From Gemmobacter sp. (GTDB taxonomy: Bacteria > Pseudomonadota > Alphaproteobacteria > Rhodobacterales > Rhodobacteraceae), in NCBI GenBank assembly GCA_031425195.1, contig JANPIX010000024.1, forward strand, positions 48,442 through 112,441: a stretch of 64,000 bases of DNA, written 5' to 3'. Below, one piece after another: positions 10,134 to 19,863 of this stretch. Position numbers and translations under genes: made by a program. The number at the start of each line of letters is the position of its first letter. Positions within the stretch are counted from its first letter, which is position 1. The notes under the pieces were generated by a model. That model made no database searches. It was not told where the DNA came from and saw only the letters and a program-made list of their open reading frames with translations.

Positions 10134-10705
10134 CGCCCACGGCGCAGATACACATAAAGGGCGCCCGAGCCGCCATGTTTGAGGTGCGCCTCGGACACCT
10201 GCAAGATAGCGGCACCCAAAGGCGGAAGTCGCAGCCAGATCGGAACCTGATGTTTCAACACGCCATATCGTTGCGGGATCGGGCCGAAATCAGGCCCGGC
10301 CTTGCCCTTGCCCGTGATGACCAGAACCAGACGCAAACCGGCTGAGCTTGCATTCAGGATAAAGCGGATCAGCTCAGGCTGCGCCTCTGCCACCGTCATG
10401 CCGTGCAGATCAAGGCGGGCCTCGGGGGCAAGTTTTCCACGGGTCAGACGGTCAAACGCCTTGCGATCCATCTGGACCGCAGGCGGCACCATCGGTCGGG
10501 GCATCAGATCGGCGGTTCTTGCCTTTTCGCCAACGCGAAAGCGCGGCAATGCATCAGGTTGAAACGGAGGCGGGTCCGGAACAAGCGCGGGCGGCAGGTT
10601 CTGGACGGGCGTATGCACAGCTCTTTTGTGCATCGGCGCAGCGCTTCGCGCTACAGTTTGCCAAAGCGCCTCTTCCTCGGGGCGCAAGGTTCGACGGCGC
10701 GACAT
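10130..10705 (-). CDS. Smr/MutS2-type small nuclease domain protein
   Basis: C-terminal Smr domain DLHGMTVAEAQPELIRFI...LVLVITGKG. The ATG at 10705 (MSRRRTLRPEE) lies just after the mltA stop. Confidence 0.8.
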   Translation of the reverse strand: MSRRRTLRPEEEALWQTVARSAAPMHKRAVHTPVQNLPPALVPDPPPFQPDALPRFRVGEKARTADLMPRPMVPPAVQMDRKAFDRLTRGKLAPEARLDLHGMTVAEAQPELIRFILNASSAGLRLVLVITGKGKAGPDFGPIPQRYGVLKHQVPIWLRLPPLGAAILQVSEAHLKHGGSGALYVYLRRGR

Positions 10706-10709
10706 CGCA

Positions 10710-11738
10710 TCAACCTTCGGGAAGCATCGCGTAAGCGCGATCAATCGGCAAAAGCTGAATCAGGCGACCCGCATCCTTGACCGTTCCCGCAGCCTCGCCC
10801 GCGTCCCAGCCCGTGCCATAGAAAATGTCGGCCCGCTGCGCACCTTTGATGGCCCCGCCGGTATCCTGTGCAACCATCAGGGAACGGATCGGATCGCGGC
10901 CATCCTTTTCGATCCACACAGGCGCGCCCAGCGGGGTGAAGGCAGGGTCGATCGCCACCGATCGCAGCGTGGTGATGGAACGCCCCATCGCGCCGATTGG
11001 ACCCTTGTCGGCGGGAAGGTCACGCAGTTTGCGAAAGAAGACATAGGAAGGATTATGGGCCAGCAAGTCCTGCCCGAATGCGCCGTTGGCCTTGACCCAT
11101 GCCCGGATGCTTTGTGCCGACGCCTCGGAAAGGGACATGGCCCCGCGATTCACGAGTTCTTGCCCGATGGAACGATACGGCTGCCCGTTCTTTGCGGCGT
11201 AACCCACCCGAAGGATGCGCCCGTCTGTCATCCGTATACGGCCAGAGCCCTGCACCTGCAGGAAATACACATCGACCGGGTCTTCCAGCCAGGCAAGTTC
11301 AAGGCCGCGGCCGGCAAGCAGACCTTTCTGGTCAATCTCTTCCCGACTGAACCACGCCTGCCCTTCGGTCAGCTCGGGCGGTTTGGCATAAATGGGAAAG
11401 GCGAACTGCGGGGTTCTAACGGGTGAACCGTCAAGCTCCGGCTCGTAATAGCCGGTGAACAAGGCGGGTGGGTTGCCGATGATAACAGGCTTGAAAAACA
11501 GTTCGAAAAAGTTGCGCGCGGCATTGGAAGTGTCTGCAACCTCGGCACCCAGCTTGCACACAGGCCGCCAGTCGGGATCGTCCAGCGCGGAACAGGTTTC
11601 GCGAAACGCGATCAGGGCAGGCAGATGATCGTCATCCGTCCACCCATCCAGTTCTTCGAACGTCAGGACCTGAGCCATCGCCGGGGGCGCGGTCACTGCA
11701 AGCATCCCTGCAAGCAGACAGGTCCGCGCCGCATTCAT
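10710..11738 (-). CDS. mltA: membrane-bound lytic murein transglycosylase A
   Basis: Signal peptide LLAGMLAVTAPPAMAQ and MltA/3D-domain motifs (FTGYYEP, YFLQVQGSGR, DTGGAIKG..RADIFYG). The ATG at 11738 overlaps the upstream stop (TGATG). Confidence 0.9.
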   Translation of the reverse strand: MNAARTCLLAGMLAVTAPPAMAQVLTFEELDGWTDDDHLPALIAFRETCSALDDPDWRPVCKLGAEVADTSNAARNFFELFFKPVIIGNPPALFTGYYEPELDGSPVRTPQFAFPIYAKPPELTEGQAWFSREEIDQKGLLAGRGLELAWLEDPVDVYFLQVQGSGRIRMTDGRILRVGYAAKNGQPYRSIGQELVNRGAMSLSEASAQSIRAWVKANGAFGQDLLAHNPSYVFFRKLRDLPADKGPIGAMGRSITTLRSVAIDPAFTPLGAPVWIEKDGRDPIRSLMVAQDTGGAIKGAQRADIFYGTGWDAGEAAGTVKDAGRLIQLLPIDRAYAMLPEG

Positions 11739-12400
11739 CAATCGCCAGTCGCCACCAGCAGCCAGTTCGGATCGTCAGACCCCATGGTGCGGGCAAACGT
11801 CCACACGTCGCGCTGGCGCTTTATTTCGTCGGGCTTGCCTTCAATCACATCGCCCGCCTTGTTGCGCACGACCGATGTCAATTCGCCACTGAATCTGACA
11901 GTGATTTCTGCCACACGCGTATCTGGATGAAAAACAGCATCCTGCAGAGCAAGATCGCGGAGGCCTACAAAATTCGCCTCAACGCTCAACCCCTGATCGT
12001 CGCGGTCTTGGAGGGCGTCGGCAAATGTCTTGGCGACGTCGTCGGCAAGAAACGGTTTGATCTTGGCCATTTCATTCCGCTCGAACCCCATCAAGATCAT
12101 CTCATACGCGCCACGAGCGCCTTGCAGGAAGGTGCCGACAGAGAACGACGGTTCGGCACGCTTCATGTCTGCCAGGGCGACGGCAGCGGGAGAGCCTTCG
12201 GTCGCGTGATCGGTGATGTCGCGGTCGGGGCCACCCTCAATCACATCGAAACCACGTTTCGGGCGGTCCGGTATGGGTGCATCCAGTGGCAAGGGCGGCT
12301 TTTCAAACCCCTGCCGCGACCCCAAGACGGACCGCAGCTTGAGGATCAGGAAAACCGCGACCCCGGCCAGCACGAGCAATTGAACCAGTGATGAACTCAT
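11738..12400 (-). CDS. Tim44-like domain protein (membrane anchored)
   Basis: N-terminal TM LVQLLVLAGVAVFLILKL plus a C-terminal Tim44/NTF2-like region. This is the typical alphaproteobacterial neighbour of mltA/secB. Confidence 0.75.
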   Translation of the reverse strand: MSSSLVQLLVLAGVAVFLILKLRSVLGSRQGFEKPPLPLDAPIPDRPKRGFDVIEGGPDRDITDHATEGSPAAVALADMKRAEPSFSVGTFLQGARGAYEMILMGFERNEMAKIKPFLADDVAKTFADALQDRDDQGLSVEANFVGLRDLALQDAVFHPDTRVAEITVRFSGELTSVVRNKAGDVIEGKPDEIKRQRDVWTFARTMGSDDPNWLLVATGD

Positions 12401-12526
12401 CTCGACCTCAGTTCCTTCTGGGCTAACATCGGCCGGTCTTTGTTTCCGGCCCTTGCGCTCTTATGTAGGGGGTGGGTTGGTCCAAGTCCACGGTAGGACC
12501 GCAAATGATCTCTGGAGGCGGCGGTA

Positions 12527-12988
12527 ATGTGGTTTCTGATGCTTTTTTTCGGCTGGCCGCTGGTGGAAATCGGGCTGTTCGTGACGCTTGGCGGATGGCT
12601 TGGACTTTGGCTTTCACTCGCCGTTGTGATTGGCACGGCATTTCTTGGCATAGCCTTGATCCGGATGCAGGGGCTTCGGGTCAATCTGTCGGTGCGGGAT
12701 GCGATCCGGCAGGGGCGCAATCCCGGGCCGGTGATGGCGAAAGGCGCGATACGCGTTCTGGCCGGGGTCATGCTGATCCTGCCCGGGTTTCTGACCGATT
12801 TTCTGGGTCTGCTGCTGCTTTTGCCGCCAGTACAGTTCGCACTGTTTACTATCTTGGCGCGTGCTGCGGCAAGGCGCGGGTCTGGTCGACGTGCACCGGT
12901 GGGCCCGGCCTCCGAGGAGGTGATCGAAGGGGAGTGGACGCAGATTCCTGCCGACAAAGGCGCAAAATCAGGGTGGACTCGGCATTGA
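12527..12988 (+). CDS. fxsA: FxsA family membrane protein
   Basis: MWFLMLFFGWPLVEIGLFVTLGGWLG...LILPGFLTDFLGLLLLLPP is the FxsA signature. GGAGG lies upstream. Confidence 0.85.
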   Translation: MWFLMLFFGWPLVEIGLFVTLGGWLGLWLSLAVVIGTAFLGIALIRMQGLRVNLSVRDAIRQGRNPGPVMAKGAIRVLAGVMLILPGFLTDFLGLLLLLPPVQFALFTILARAAARRGSGRRAPVGPASEEVIEGEWTQIPADKGAKSGWTRH

Positions 12989-13061
12989 GCCATTTCAGCT
13001 GACCTGCTAAACACATCCGCAACATTGGCCGGAAACAGTCCGCCAATTGAGGAGAACAAGA

Positions 13062-13565
13062 ATGGCCGAAGGAAATGGTGCTGCAGCCGAGCCTGCAACC
13101 ACCCCCCAGATCAAGATGCAGGTTCTGGCCCAATACATTCGCGACATGTCGTTTGAAAACCTTGTTGCACAAAAGGGCTTGAACGGCGGTGAAGTGCAGC
13201 CCGATATTCAGGTTGCGGTGAGTCTGGATGCGCGGAAACGTTCCGTCGATCACCAGTTCGAAGTGATCAACAAGTTCAAAATCACGTCAAAGAACAAGTC
13301 CAGCGGCGACACGCTGTTCCTGATGGAACTGGAGTACGGTGGCGTGTTTCACATCGAGGGCGTTGCGGAAGAACAGTTGCATCCCTTTCTGCTGATCGAA
13401 TGCCCGCGCCTTCTGTTCCCGTTCGTGCGCAGGATCATTTCGGATGTCACGCGGGACGGTGGATTCCCGCCCCTGAACATCGATACCGTGGATTATCTGG
13501 CGCTGTATCGGCAGGAAATCGCGCGGCGTACCGAAGCGCAGAAGCCACAAACGATGGTGTCCTGA
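13062..13565 (+). CDS. secB: protein-export chaperone SecB
   Basis: QVLAQYIRDMSFEN...CPRLLFPFVRRIISDVTRDGGFPPL. The ATG at 13062 is preceded by GGAGAA. Confidence 0.93.
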   Translation: MAEGNGAAAEPATTPQIKMQVLAQYIRDMSFENLVAQKGLNGGEVQPDIQVAVSLDARKRSVDHQFEVINKFKITSKNKSSGDTLFLMELEYGGVFHIEGVAEEQLHPFLLIECPRLLFPFVRRIISDVTRDGGFPPLNIDTVDYLALYRQEIARRTEAQKPQTMVS

Positions 13566-13572
13566 TCTGAGG

Positions 13573-13596
13573 GCCGCACCGTTCAGTCGGTGCGGC
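13573..13596. terminator. 9-bp perfect hairpin shared by convergent secB and dnaQ (no U-tract)
   Basis: gccgcaccg-ttcagt-cggtgcggc. The dnaQ stop codon sits in the loop. No T-run on either strand, so function as an intrinsic terminator is uncertain. Confidence 0.3.
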
Positions 13597-14287
13597 GCTG
13601 CCAGATTGCCTTGGGGCCAAGGCGTTCAACAAAAACGGCATGGGCCGCCAGCTCCGCTTCGGTGATCCGCCTTTGCAGGGGCACCGGACGCGGGCCCGCT
13701 TGCCAGGATTTGCCGTCCAGACCAAGATGTGAATTGTCACGCTTGGACGTGCCCGCCGCCAGAACCAGATCGGGCTGCCGACCACCGACCAATTCAAGAT
13801 AGACTTCCGCCAGCAATTCACTGTCAAGAAGTGCGCCGTGTTTTTGCCGGGCGGTATTATCAACGCCGAACCTGCGGCACAGTGCATCCAGCGACGCTTG
13901 AGAGCCGGGAAATTTCTGGCGGGCCAACATGACGGTATCAAAGGCCCGCGCGGCTGGCAGCAGCGGAAGCCCCGCGCGGCCAAGTTCGGCATTGAGGAAT
14001 TTCATATCGAACGCGGCGTTGTGTATGACAAGCCGTGCGTCCCCGATGAACGCGAGAAATTCCGCGGCGACGGCAGCGAACACAGGTTTGCCGCGCAGGA
14101 AATCATCGCCAAGCCCATGGATGGCAAAGGCTTCAGGCGGCATCGGTCGTTTGGGATCAAGGTACTGGTGGTATGTCCGCCCCGTTGCGACGTGGTTGAA
14201 AAGTTCAACCGCACCGATTTCGACGATGCGGTGGCCGTCTGCGGGATCGAGTCCTGTGGTTTCAGTGTCGAGAACGATTTCACGCAT
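13583..14287 (-). CDS. dnaQ: DNA polymerase III epsilon subunit (3'-5' exonuclease)
   Basis: Exo motifs MREIVLDTETTGLDP and VIHNAAFDMKFL. The start at 14287 overlaps the coaE stop by 8 nt. Confidence 0.92.
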   Translation of the reverse strand: MREIVLDTETTGLDPADGHRIVEIGAVELFNHVATGRTYHQYLDPKRPMPPEAFAIHGLGDDFLRGKPVFAAVAAEFLAFIGDARLVIHNAAFDMKFLNAELGRAGLPLLPAARAFDTVMLARQKFPGSQASLDALCRRFGVDNTARQKHGALLDSELLAEVYLELVGGRQPDLVLAAGTSKRDNSHLGLDGKSWQAGPRPVPLQRRITEAELAAHAVFVERLGPKAIWQRRTD

Positions 14288-14876
14288 CGGACGCTCCAGA
14301 CCGAATAAAGGCGACAAGGGCATGGACCCCGATGCGCGTCGCGTCGAGCGCCAGCGTTTCCAGTATATGGGTGGCCATAGACCGCTTTTGCGGGTCAGGC
14401 ATCTGCCGCGCAAGCAAGGATTGGAAAAGAACCTCGGTCATCCCCGGCCGGGCCATGACACGGCTTTTCTGCAGGGCAGGCGGGGCGGTGACCAGCAGCG
14501 TTGCGTCCATGTCAGACTGATACCCTTTCTCGAACAGAAGGGGGATATCGAAGACAGCGATATCGCCCGTTACAGTTGCTGCAAAATGCGTGCGGTCCTG
14601 TGCTGTCAGGGGGTGGACGATCGCCTCGATCAGAGGCAGTGCCGCAGGATCGTTGGTTACCGCCTGTTTGAGGATGGTCCGATCAACCTTGCCCTGTCTG
14701 ATGGCGGCAGGGAAGGCAGCCCCAATCGGGAGCACGGCCGCCCCGCCGTTGGCGTAAAGGCGGGTGACGCATTCGTCGGCATCCCAGACGGGCATGCCCG
14801 CGTCACGGAAAAAGGCGGCAGTCGTGCTTTTGCCCATCCCGATGGAACCCGTCAGACCAAGTCGAAAAACCGTCAT
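14280..14876 (-). CDS. coaE: dephospho-CoA kinase
   Basis: LGLTGSIGMGKST P-loop, ~198 aa, ATGA overlap with aroE. Confidence 0.92.
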   Translation of the reverse strand: MTVFRLGLTGSIGMGKSTTAAFFRDAGMPVWDADECVTRLYANGGAAVLPIGAAFPAAIRQGKVDRTILKQAVTNDPAALPLIEAIVHPLTAQDRTHFAATVTGDIAVFDIPLLFEKGYQSDMDATLLVTAPPALQKSRVMARPGMTEVLFQSLLARQMPDPQKRSMATHILETLALDATRIGVHALVAFIRSGASDA

Positions 14877-15712
14877 GCGCCCAGCACCGCGCGGCGGGTT
14901 GCTTCGTCAACCTCGGGCTTGTGGCCGAACCAGCGTTCAAATCCGGGGGCCGCCTGATGCAACAGCATCCCTAAACCATCGACGACCGTGCAGCCAATGT
15001 CTTCGACCGCGATCAGGAACGCTGTCTTGAGCGGTGTATAGACAAGATCCGTCACCAGTGCCGCCGGGTTCATCTGTGCCAAAGACAGGCTGAAATCCGG
15101 CTTTCCGACCATGCCCATGGATGACGTGTTGACCACTGTCGCCGCACCTTCGAACATTTGTCCGGCATGAACCCAGTCATGCACCACCACCTTCGCTCCG
15201 AAATCGTGACGCAATGCCTCGGCACGGGCCCGGGTGCGGTTGGCCAGACGGATTTCCGGAACACCAACTTCGATCAAGGCGGCAACCACGGCGCGGGCAG
15301 CGCCGCCTGCGCCGATGACGGCGGCCGGTCCGGCGGCAGGGTTCCAACCGGGTGCCTGCTGGCGGAGGTTGGCGATAAAGCCCGACCCGTCGGTGTTGTC
15401 CGCGTGTATCGTCCCATCCTTGAGGAAAATCAATGTGTTCGCCGCACCGATCAGGGCTGCGCGGTCTGCGACAATGTCGGCCATGCCAAGGATGGTTTCC
15501 TTGTGGGGGATGGTGACGTTCAGACCGACAAAACCCAGACGAGGAAGCATCTGCAACGCGGCCCTGAGATCGGACTGGGCGATATCCATGGGAATGTAGT
15601 GCCCCTTCAATCCGTAACGGCGCAACCAGTAGCCATGCAGTTGCGGTGAGCGGCTGTGCGCCACGGGCGACCCTATGACCCCGGCCAACGGGATACGCGG
15701 ATGATCTGTCAT
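14873..15712 (-). CDS. aroE: shikimate dehydrogenase
   Basis: GVIGSPVAHSRSPQLHGYW, NVTIPHK, GAGGAARAV. Confidence 0.93.
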   Translation of the reverse strand: MTDHPRIPLAGVIGSPVAHSRSPQLHGYWLRRYGLKGHYIPMDIAQSDLRAALQMLPRLGFVGLNVTIPHKETILGMADIVADRAALIGAANTLIFLKDGTIHADNTDGSGFIANLRQQAPGWNPAAGPAAVIGAGGAARAVVAALIEVGVPEIRLANRTRARAEALRHDFGAKVVVHDWVHAGQMFEGAATVVNTSSMGMVGKPDFSLSLAQMNPAALVTDLVYTPLKTAFLIAVEDIGCTVVDGLGMLLHQAAPGFERWFGHKPEVDEATRRAVLGA

Positions 15713-16308
15713 GTTTCGATGAACCCCCGGATTGAAAGATAATCGAGGAGCGGCAGCAGGGGCAAACCTAGAATTGTAAAATGGTCGCCTTCGATCCCCT
15801 CGACCAGGCGAATTCCTTCCTGTTCAATCAGATAGGCACCTGCCGAATGCTGTATGGTATCCCAGTTGCGCCGAACATAGCCGTCGATCCAGCCATCACT
15901 GTTGCTTCGCATTGTGAGCCGTGCTGTTCCAACGTGACGCCAGACCGGGCCACCGCCGTCATAGAGAACGACGGCTGACAGTAGCCGGTGGGTCTGCCCA
16001 CGCATGTTCTTCAACTGCTGTGAAGCTTCAGCCGGGCTTTCCGGCTTGCCCAGGACGAGGCCCTGAAATTCCAGAATCTGGTCACAGCCCAGCACCAATT
16101 GTCCGGGCACCTTGTCGGCAATCTTGCGCGCCTTGAGATCGGCCAGCGCATCCGCAATGTCACGGGGCGCTGCGTTGCCGGCGGTCATGGATTGCCGGAT
16201 GGACAGTTCATCAATCCGCGCAGGCCGGGCCGTAACGTCCAGCCCTGCGGCGCGCAACATGGCAAGCCGCGTTGCAGACCCGGACGCGAGAATAAGGGAT
16301 CGGACCAT
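15709..16308 (-). CDS. maf: Maf-like nucleoside triphosphate pyrophosphatase
   Basis: MVRSLILASGSATRLAML... with the ATG at 16308 (M39 of the tracked ORF). ATGA overlap with aroE. Confidence 0.88.
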   Translation of the reverse strand: MVRSLILASGSATRLAMLRAAGLDVTARPARIDELSIRQSMTAGNAAPRDIADALADLKARKIADKVPGQLVLGCDQILEFQGLVLGKPESPAEASQQLKNMRGQTHRLLSAVVLYDGGGPVWRHVGTARLTMRSNSDGWIDGYVRRNWDTIQHSAGAYLIEQEGIRLVEGIEGDHFTILGLPLLPLLDYLSIRGFIET

Positions 16309-16702
16309 GGGACACTCTGTGTATAAACGGCCGTGGCAATGCGGCGAAAAACGGTGACACGCGGACTTTTCACGTCTTTGGGGCCGGACGCTGCAAGTTG
16401 TCAAGGAATCGACCCAGATCATCCCGTTGTGTGAAAGCTTTGGTCGGCTGCCGGGATAACCCTGTTGTGTCCCCTACCGATGGCGGAACATCAAATTGAT
16501 ACACAGGGTTCAAGTGATATAACCTATTGTATAGGTTGCTTTATTCGACACGCCGTTTGCTTTGTGGACAAGTCTTCTACTTTTCGGCAGCCTGTTGGCA
16601 ATTTTTGGCAGAACCCGCGATATCCTCATATCCACGGCCCCTACAACATCATTCCTTTCAGATTCTTTTCATTTAAGAAGAAAGAAGAAAGCAGGTGAAC
16701 GC
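16309..16702. other. candidate chromosomal replication origin (oriC) in the maf/hemJ divergent gap
   Basis: Largest non-coding gap in the window, and AT-rich around 16485-16560. DnaA-box-like elements: TGTGGACAA at 16563-16571 (8/9), tandem ATATCCTCA/ATATCCACG at 16620-16636 (7/9 each) and TGATACACA at 16497-16505. Genes diverge from it, and the parS/parAB/rho/mnmEG/dnaQ neighbourhood fits. Confidence 0.4.
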
Positions 16703-17152
16703 ATGGAAGATTTTCTGGCCTCGGCCTATCTCTGGATCAAGGCTTTGCATGTTGTGGCGGTGATCGCCTGGATGGCGGGGCTGTTCTATTTGCCTCGATT
16801 GTTCGTCTATCATGCCGAGCAGATCACGGTGGGAACCGATACCGACCGAATGTTTCAGACCATGGAGCGCCGCCTGCTGCGGGCAATCATGAACCCTGCG
16901 ATGATTGCCACATGGGTGTTTGGTCTTGCGCTGGTGATGACGCCGGGGATCGTCGATTGGCAATCTGTCTGGCCTTGGACGAAGGCGGCTGCGGTTCTGG
17001 GGATGACGTGGTTTCACATGTGGCTGGCCGTACGCCGCAAGGATTTCGTGCGGGGGACCAATGTGACGACAGGGCGCACTTACCGGATCATGAATGAGGT
17101 ACCGACTCTGCTCATGTTGCTGATCGTCTTTTCGGTGATCGTGAAATTCTAA
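16703..17152 (+). CDS. hemJ: protoporphyrinogen IX oxidase HemJ (UPF0093 membrane protein)
   Basis: MEDFLASAYLWIKALHVVAVIAWMAGLFYLPRLFVYHAE is the HemJ signature. ATG at 16703. Confidence 0.82.
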   Translation: MEDFLASAYLWIKALHVVAVIAWMAGLFYLPRLFVYHAEQITVGTDTDRMFQTMERRLLRAIMNPAMIATWVFGLALVMTPGIVDWQSVWPWTKAAAVLGMTWFHMWLAVRRKDFVRGTNVTTGRTYRIMNEVPTLLMLLIVFSVIVKF

Positions 17153-17275
17153 GTGCCGTGTTGACTCGCGCACACGACAGCCCTATTGACGCTTTGCATT
17201 CCATTCGGAAATTGCGCTTCCCTGAACATGATGCTGTCTGGCTTGTGCCTGATACCTCAAGGAACCGACCCCTCC

Positions 17276-18547
17276 ATGAACATCGAACGATTGAACCTGG
17301 CTGAACTGAAGGCCAAAACGCCCGCTGATCTTTTGGCGATGGCCGAAGAGTGGGAAATTGAAAACGCCCCGTCGATGCGCAAGGGCGAGATGATGTTTTC
17401 GATTCTCAAGGAACATGCCGAAGAGGGTTGGGAAATCGGTGGGGACGGCGTTCTGGAGGTGTTGCAGGACGGTTTCGGGTTTCTGCGGTCGCCCTCGGCG
17501 AACTATCTGTCGGGCCCGGATGATATTTACGTCAGCCCGGAAATGATACGGCAGTTCAGCCTGCGGACCGGCGATACCATCGAGGGTGTCATTCAGGCGC
17601 CGCGTGACAATGAAAAGTATTTCTGCCTGACCAAGGCGACGCGGATCAACTTTGATGATCCTGAACGCGCGCGGCACAAGGTGCATTTCGACAACCTGAC
17701 ACCCTTGTACCCAGACGAGCGGTTGAAGATGGAAGTGGAAGACCCGACGATAAAGGACAGGTCGGCGCGGATCATCGACTTGGTGGCTCCGATCGGCAAG
17801 GGTCAGCGGGGGCTGATCGTGGCCCCACCGCGGACCGGCAAAACAGTGCTGTTGCAAAACATTGCCCATTCCATCGCAACCAACCACCCGGAATGTTACC
17901 TGATAGTGTTGCTGATCGATGAGCGGCCCGAGGAAGTCACCGACATGCAACGGTCTGTGAAAGGTGAAGTTGTTTCGTCGACGTTTGACGAGCCGGCGAC
18001 GCGCCACGTGGCTGTGGCGGAAATGGTGATTGAAAAAGCAAAGCGCCTGGTGGAGCACAAGCGGGACGTCGTGATCCTGCTGGACAGCATCACCCGGCTT
18101 GGCCGGGCGTTCAACACGGTTGTACCGTCGAGCGGCAAGGTTCTGACCGGTGGTGTGGACGCGAATGCATTGCAGCGGCCAAAGCGGTTTTTTGGTGCAG
18201 CGCGCAACATCGAAGAAGGCGGTTCGCTCACAATTATCGCCACGGCCCTGATCGATACAGGCAGCCGGATGGACGAGGTCATCTTTGAAGAATTCAAAGG
18301 CACTGGTAACAGCGAGATTGTGCTGGACCGCAAGGTTGCGGACAAACGGGTGTTCCCGGCGATGGATATTCTGAAATCCGGCACCCGGAAAGAGGATCTG
18401 CTGGTCGAGAAGGCCGACCTGCAAAAGACCTATGTTCTTCGGCGCATCCTGAACCCGATGGGGACAACGGACGGCATTGAGTTCCTGATTTCCAAGTTGC
18501 GGCAAACAAAGTCGAACAGCGAATTCTTCGATTCGATGAACGCTTAA
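17276..18547 (+). CDS. rho: transcription termination factor Rho
   Basis: [32 protein letters not shown], Walker [17 protein letters not shown]-terminal [11 protein letters not shown] at 17276. Confidence 0.96.
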   Translation: MNIERLNLAELKAKTPADLLAMAEEWEIENAPSMRKGEMMFSILKEHAEEGWEIGGDGVLEVLQDGFGFLRSPSANYLSGPDDIYVSPEMIRQFSLRTGDTIEGVIQAPRDNEKYFCLTKATRINFDDPERARHKVHFDNLTPLYPDERLKMEVEDPTIKDRSARIIDLVAPIGKGQRGLIVAPPRTGKTVLLQNIAHSIATNHPECYLIVLLIDERPEEVTDMQRSVKGEVVSSTFDEPATRHVAVAEMVIEKAKRLVEHKRDVVILLDSITRLGRAFNTVVPSSGKVLTGGVDANALQRPKRFFGAARNIEEGGSLTIIATALIDTGSRMDEVIFEEFKGTGNSEIVLDRKVADKRVFPAMDILKSGTRKEDLLVEKADLQKTYVLRRILNPMGTTDGIEFLISKLRQTKSNSEFFDSMNA

Positions 18548-18570
18548 GATATTGATATCATGGTGGTTTG

Positions 18571-19860
18571 ATGTCCACGATCTTTGCGTTGGCAAGTGCG
18601 CGTGGCAAGTCAGGCGTTGCTGTAGTACGGGTTTCTGGCCCTGATGCACGCTTGATTGCGGCGCGATTGATTCAGACCATTCCTCCGGCACGTAAAATGG
18701 GTCGAAGAACCCTTATTGCTGCAGGGGACCTGATTGATGATGCGCTTGTTGTCTGGTTTCCCGAGGGTGCGAGTTTCACGGGCGAAGAAATTGTTGAATT
18801 TCATCTTCATGGTGGAGTTGCCACAGTTTCAGCGTTGCTTGGCTTTTTATCAGCGCAGCCTGAATTGCGGCTGGCAAATCCGGGTGAGTTCACGCGTCGC
18901 GCCTTTGAAAACGGCAAGCTGGACCTGACCGAGGTTGAAGGACTGGCAGATCTTATTGATGCCGAAACGGAGATGCAGCGTCGACAGGCGATGCGGGTTC
19001 TTAGTGGAGCGTTTCGGACCAGGGTAGAGGAATGGCGGCGTGACCTGATTCGGGCGGTTGCCTTGCTTGAGGCGACGATCGACTTTGCTGACGAGGACGT
19101 GCCGGTCGATGTTACGCCAGAAGTCAGGGCGCTGGTTGACGGATTGGTCGATAAACTGCGGTCCGAGATGGCTCAAAGTTTCGGTGCCGAGAGAATTCGC
19201 GATGGATTTGAGGTTGCCATCGTAGGTGCAACCAACGCGGGGAAATCAACACTGTTAAATGCCCTTGCAGGCCGGGAGGCGGCCATCACGTCGGAAATCG
19301 CTGGAACCACGCGTGATGTGATCGAGGTCAAGATGGATCTTGGTGGTCTGCCCGTCACCTTTCTGGATACGGCTGGTTTGCGGCCAACCGAAGACAAGGT
19401 GGAGCTGATCGGCATCGAGCGGGCTGTTGCACGGGCAAACGCGGCGGACTTACGTGTTTTTCTGCTTGATAACAGTGGCCTAAAGGCAATCGACCTGAGA
19501 CCTGAGCAGCATGATTTGGTCGTGCAAGGCAAAGCCGACTTCGGAGAGGTGTCAGGATTGTTTGTGTCTGGCAAGACAGGTGCCGGGGTTGATATTCTGG
19601 TCGCAAACATTCAGAAAGTCCTGTCAGAGCGGCTACCGCGAGACGGTGTCATGACCCGGGAGAGGCATCGTGCAGCGGTTTCCAATGCAATCGTTTCTTT
19701 GGAAGTTGCCCGGGATAAGTTACAGCAAGGTGAGAGCGATGCGGAACTGATATCGGCATCCTTAAGACATGCGCTGCATGCCTTGGAGCTTTTGGTCGGC
19801 AGAGTTGGTGTCGAGGATGTGTTGGGTGAGATCTTTGCCAGCTTCTGTATCGGAAAATAG
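18571..19860 (+). CDS. mnmE: tRNA modification GTPase MnmE
   Basis: [24 protein letters not shown]-domain [15 protein letters not shown]-terminal FCIGK. Confidence 0.95.
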   Translation: MSTIFALASARGKSGVAVVRVSGPDARLIAARLIQTIPPARKMGRRTLIAAGDLIDDALVVWFPEGASFTGEEIVEFHLHGGVATVSALLGFLSAQPELRLANPGEFTRRAFENGKLDLTEVEGLADLIDAETEMQRRQAMRVLSGAFRTRVEEWRRDLIRAVALLEATIDFADEDVPVDVTPEVRALVDGLVDKLRSEMAQSFGAERIRDGFEVAIVGATNAGKSTLLNALAGREAAITSEIAGTTRDVIEVKMDLGGLPVTFLDTAGLRPTEDKVELIGIERAVARANAADLRVFLLDNSGLKAIDLRPEQHDLVVQGKADFGEVSGLFVSGKTGAGVDILVANIQKVLSERLPRDGVMTRERHRAAVSNAIVSLEVARDKLQQGESDAELISASLRHALHALELLVGRVGVEDVLGEIFASFCIGK

Positions 19861-19863
19861 GAT

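Noticed and set aside
16465-16698. 77-aa ORF inside the maf/hemJ gap
   Set aside because: It lies in the AT-rich candidate origin. It has no RBS, odd composition (Cys/Phe/His-rich), and runs straight into the hemJ start. It is more likely non-coding.
17183-18691. 502-aa ORF on the minus strand covering the whole of rho
   Set aside because: It is exactly antisense to a confidently identified Rho gene. The product is His/Arg/Gln/Phe-rich with no motifs. This is a typical shadow ORF of GC-rich coding DNA, where stop codons are depleted in the antisense frame.
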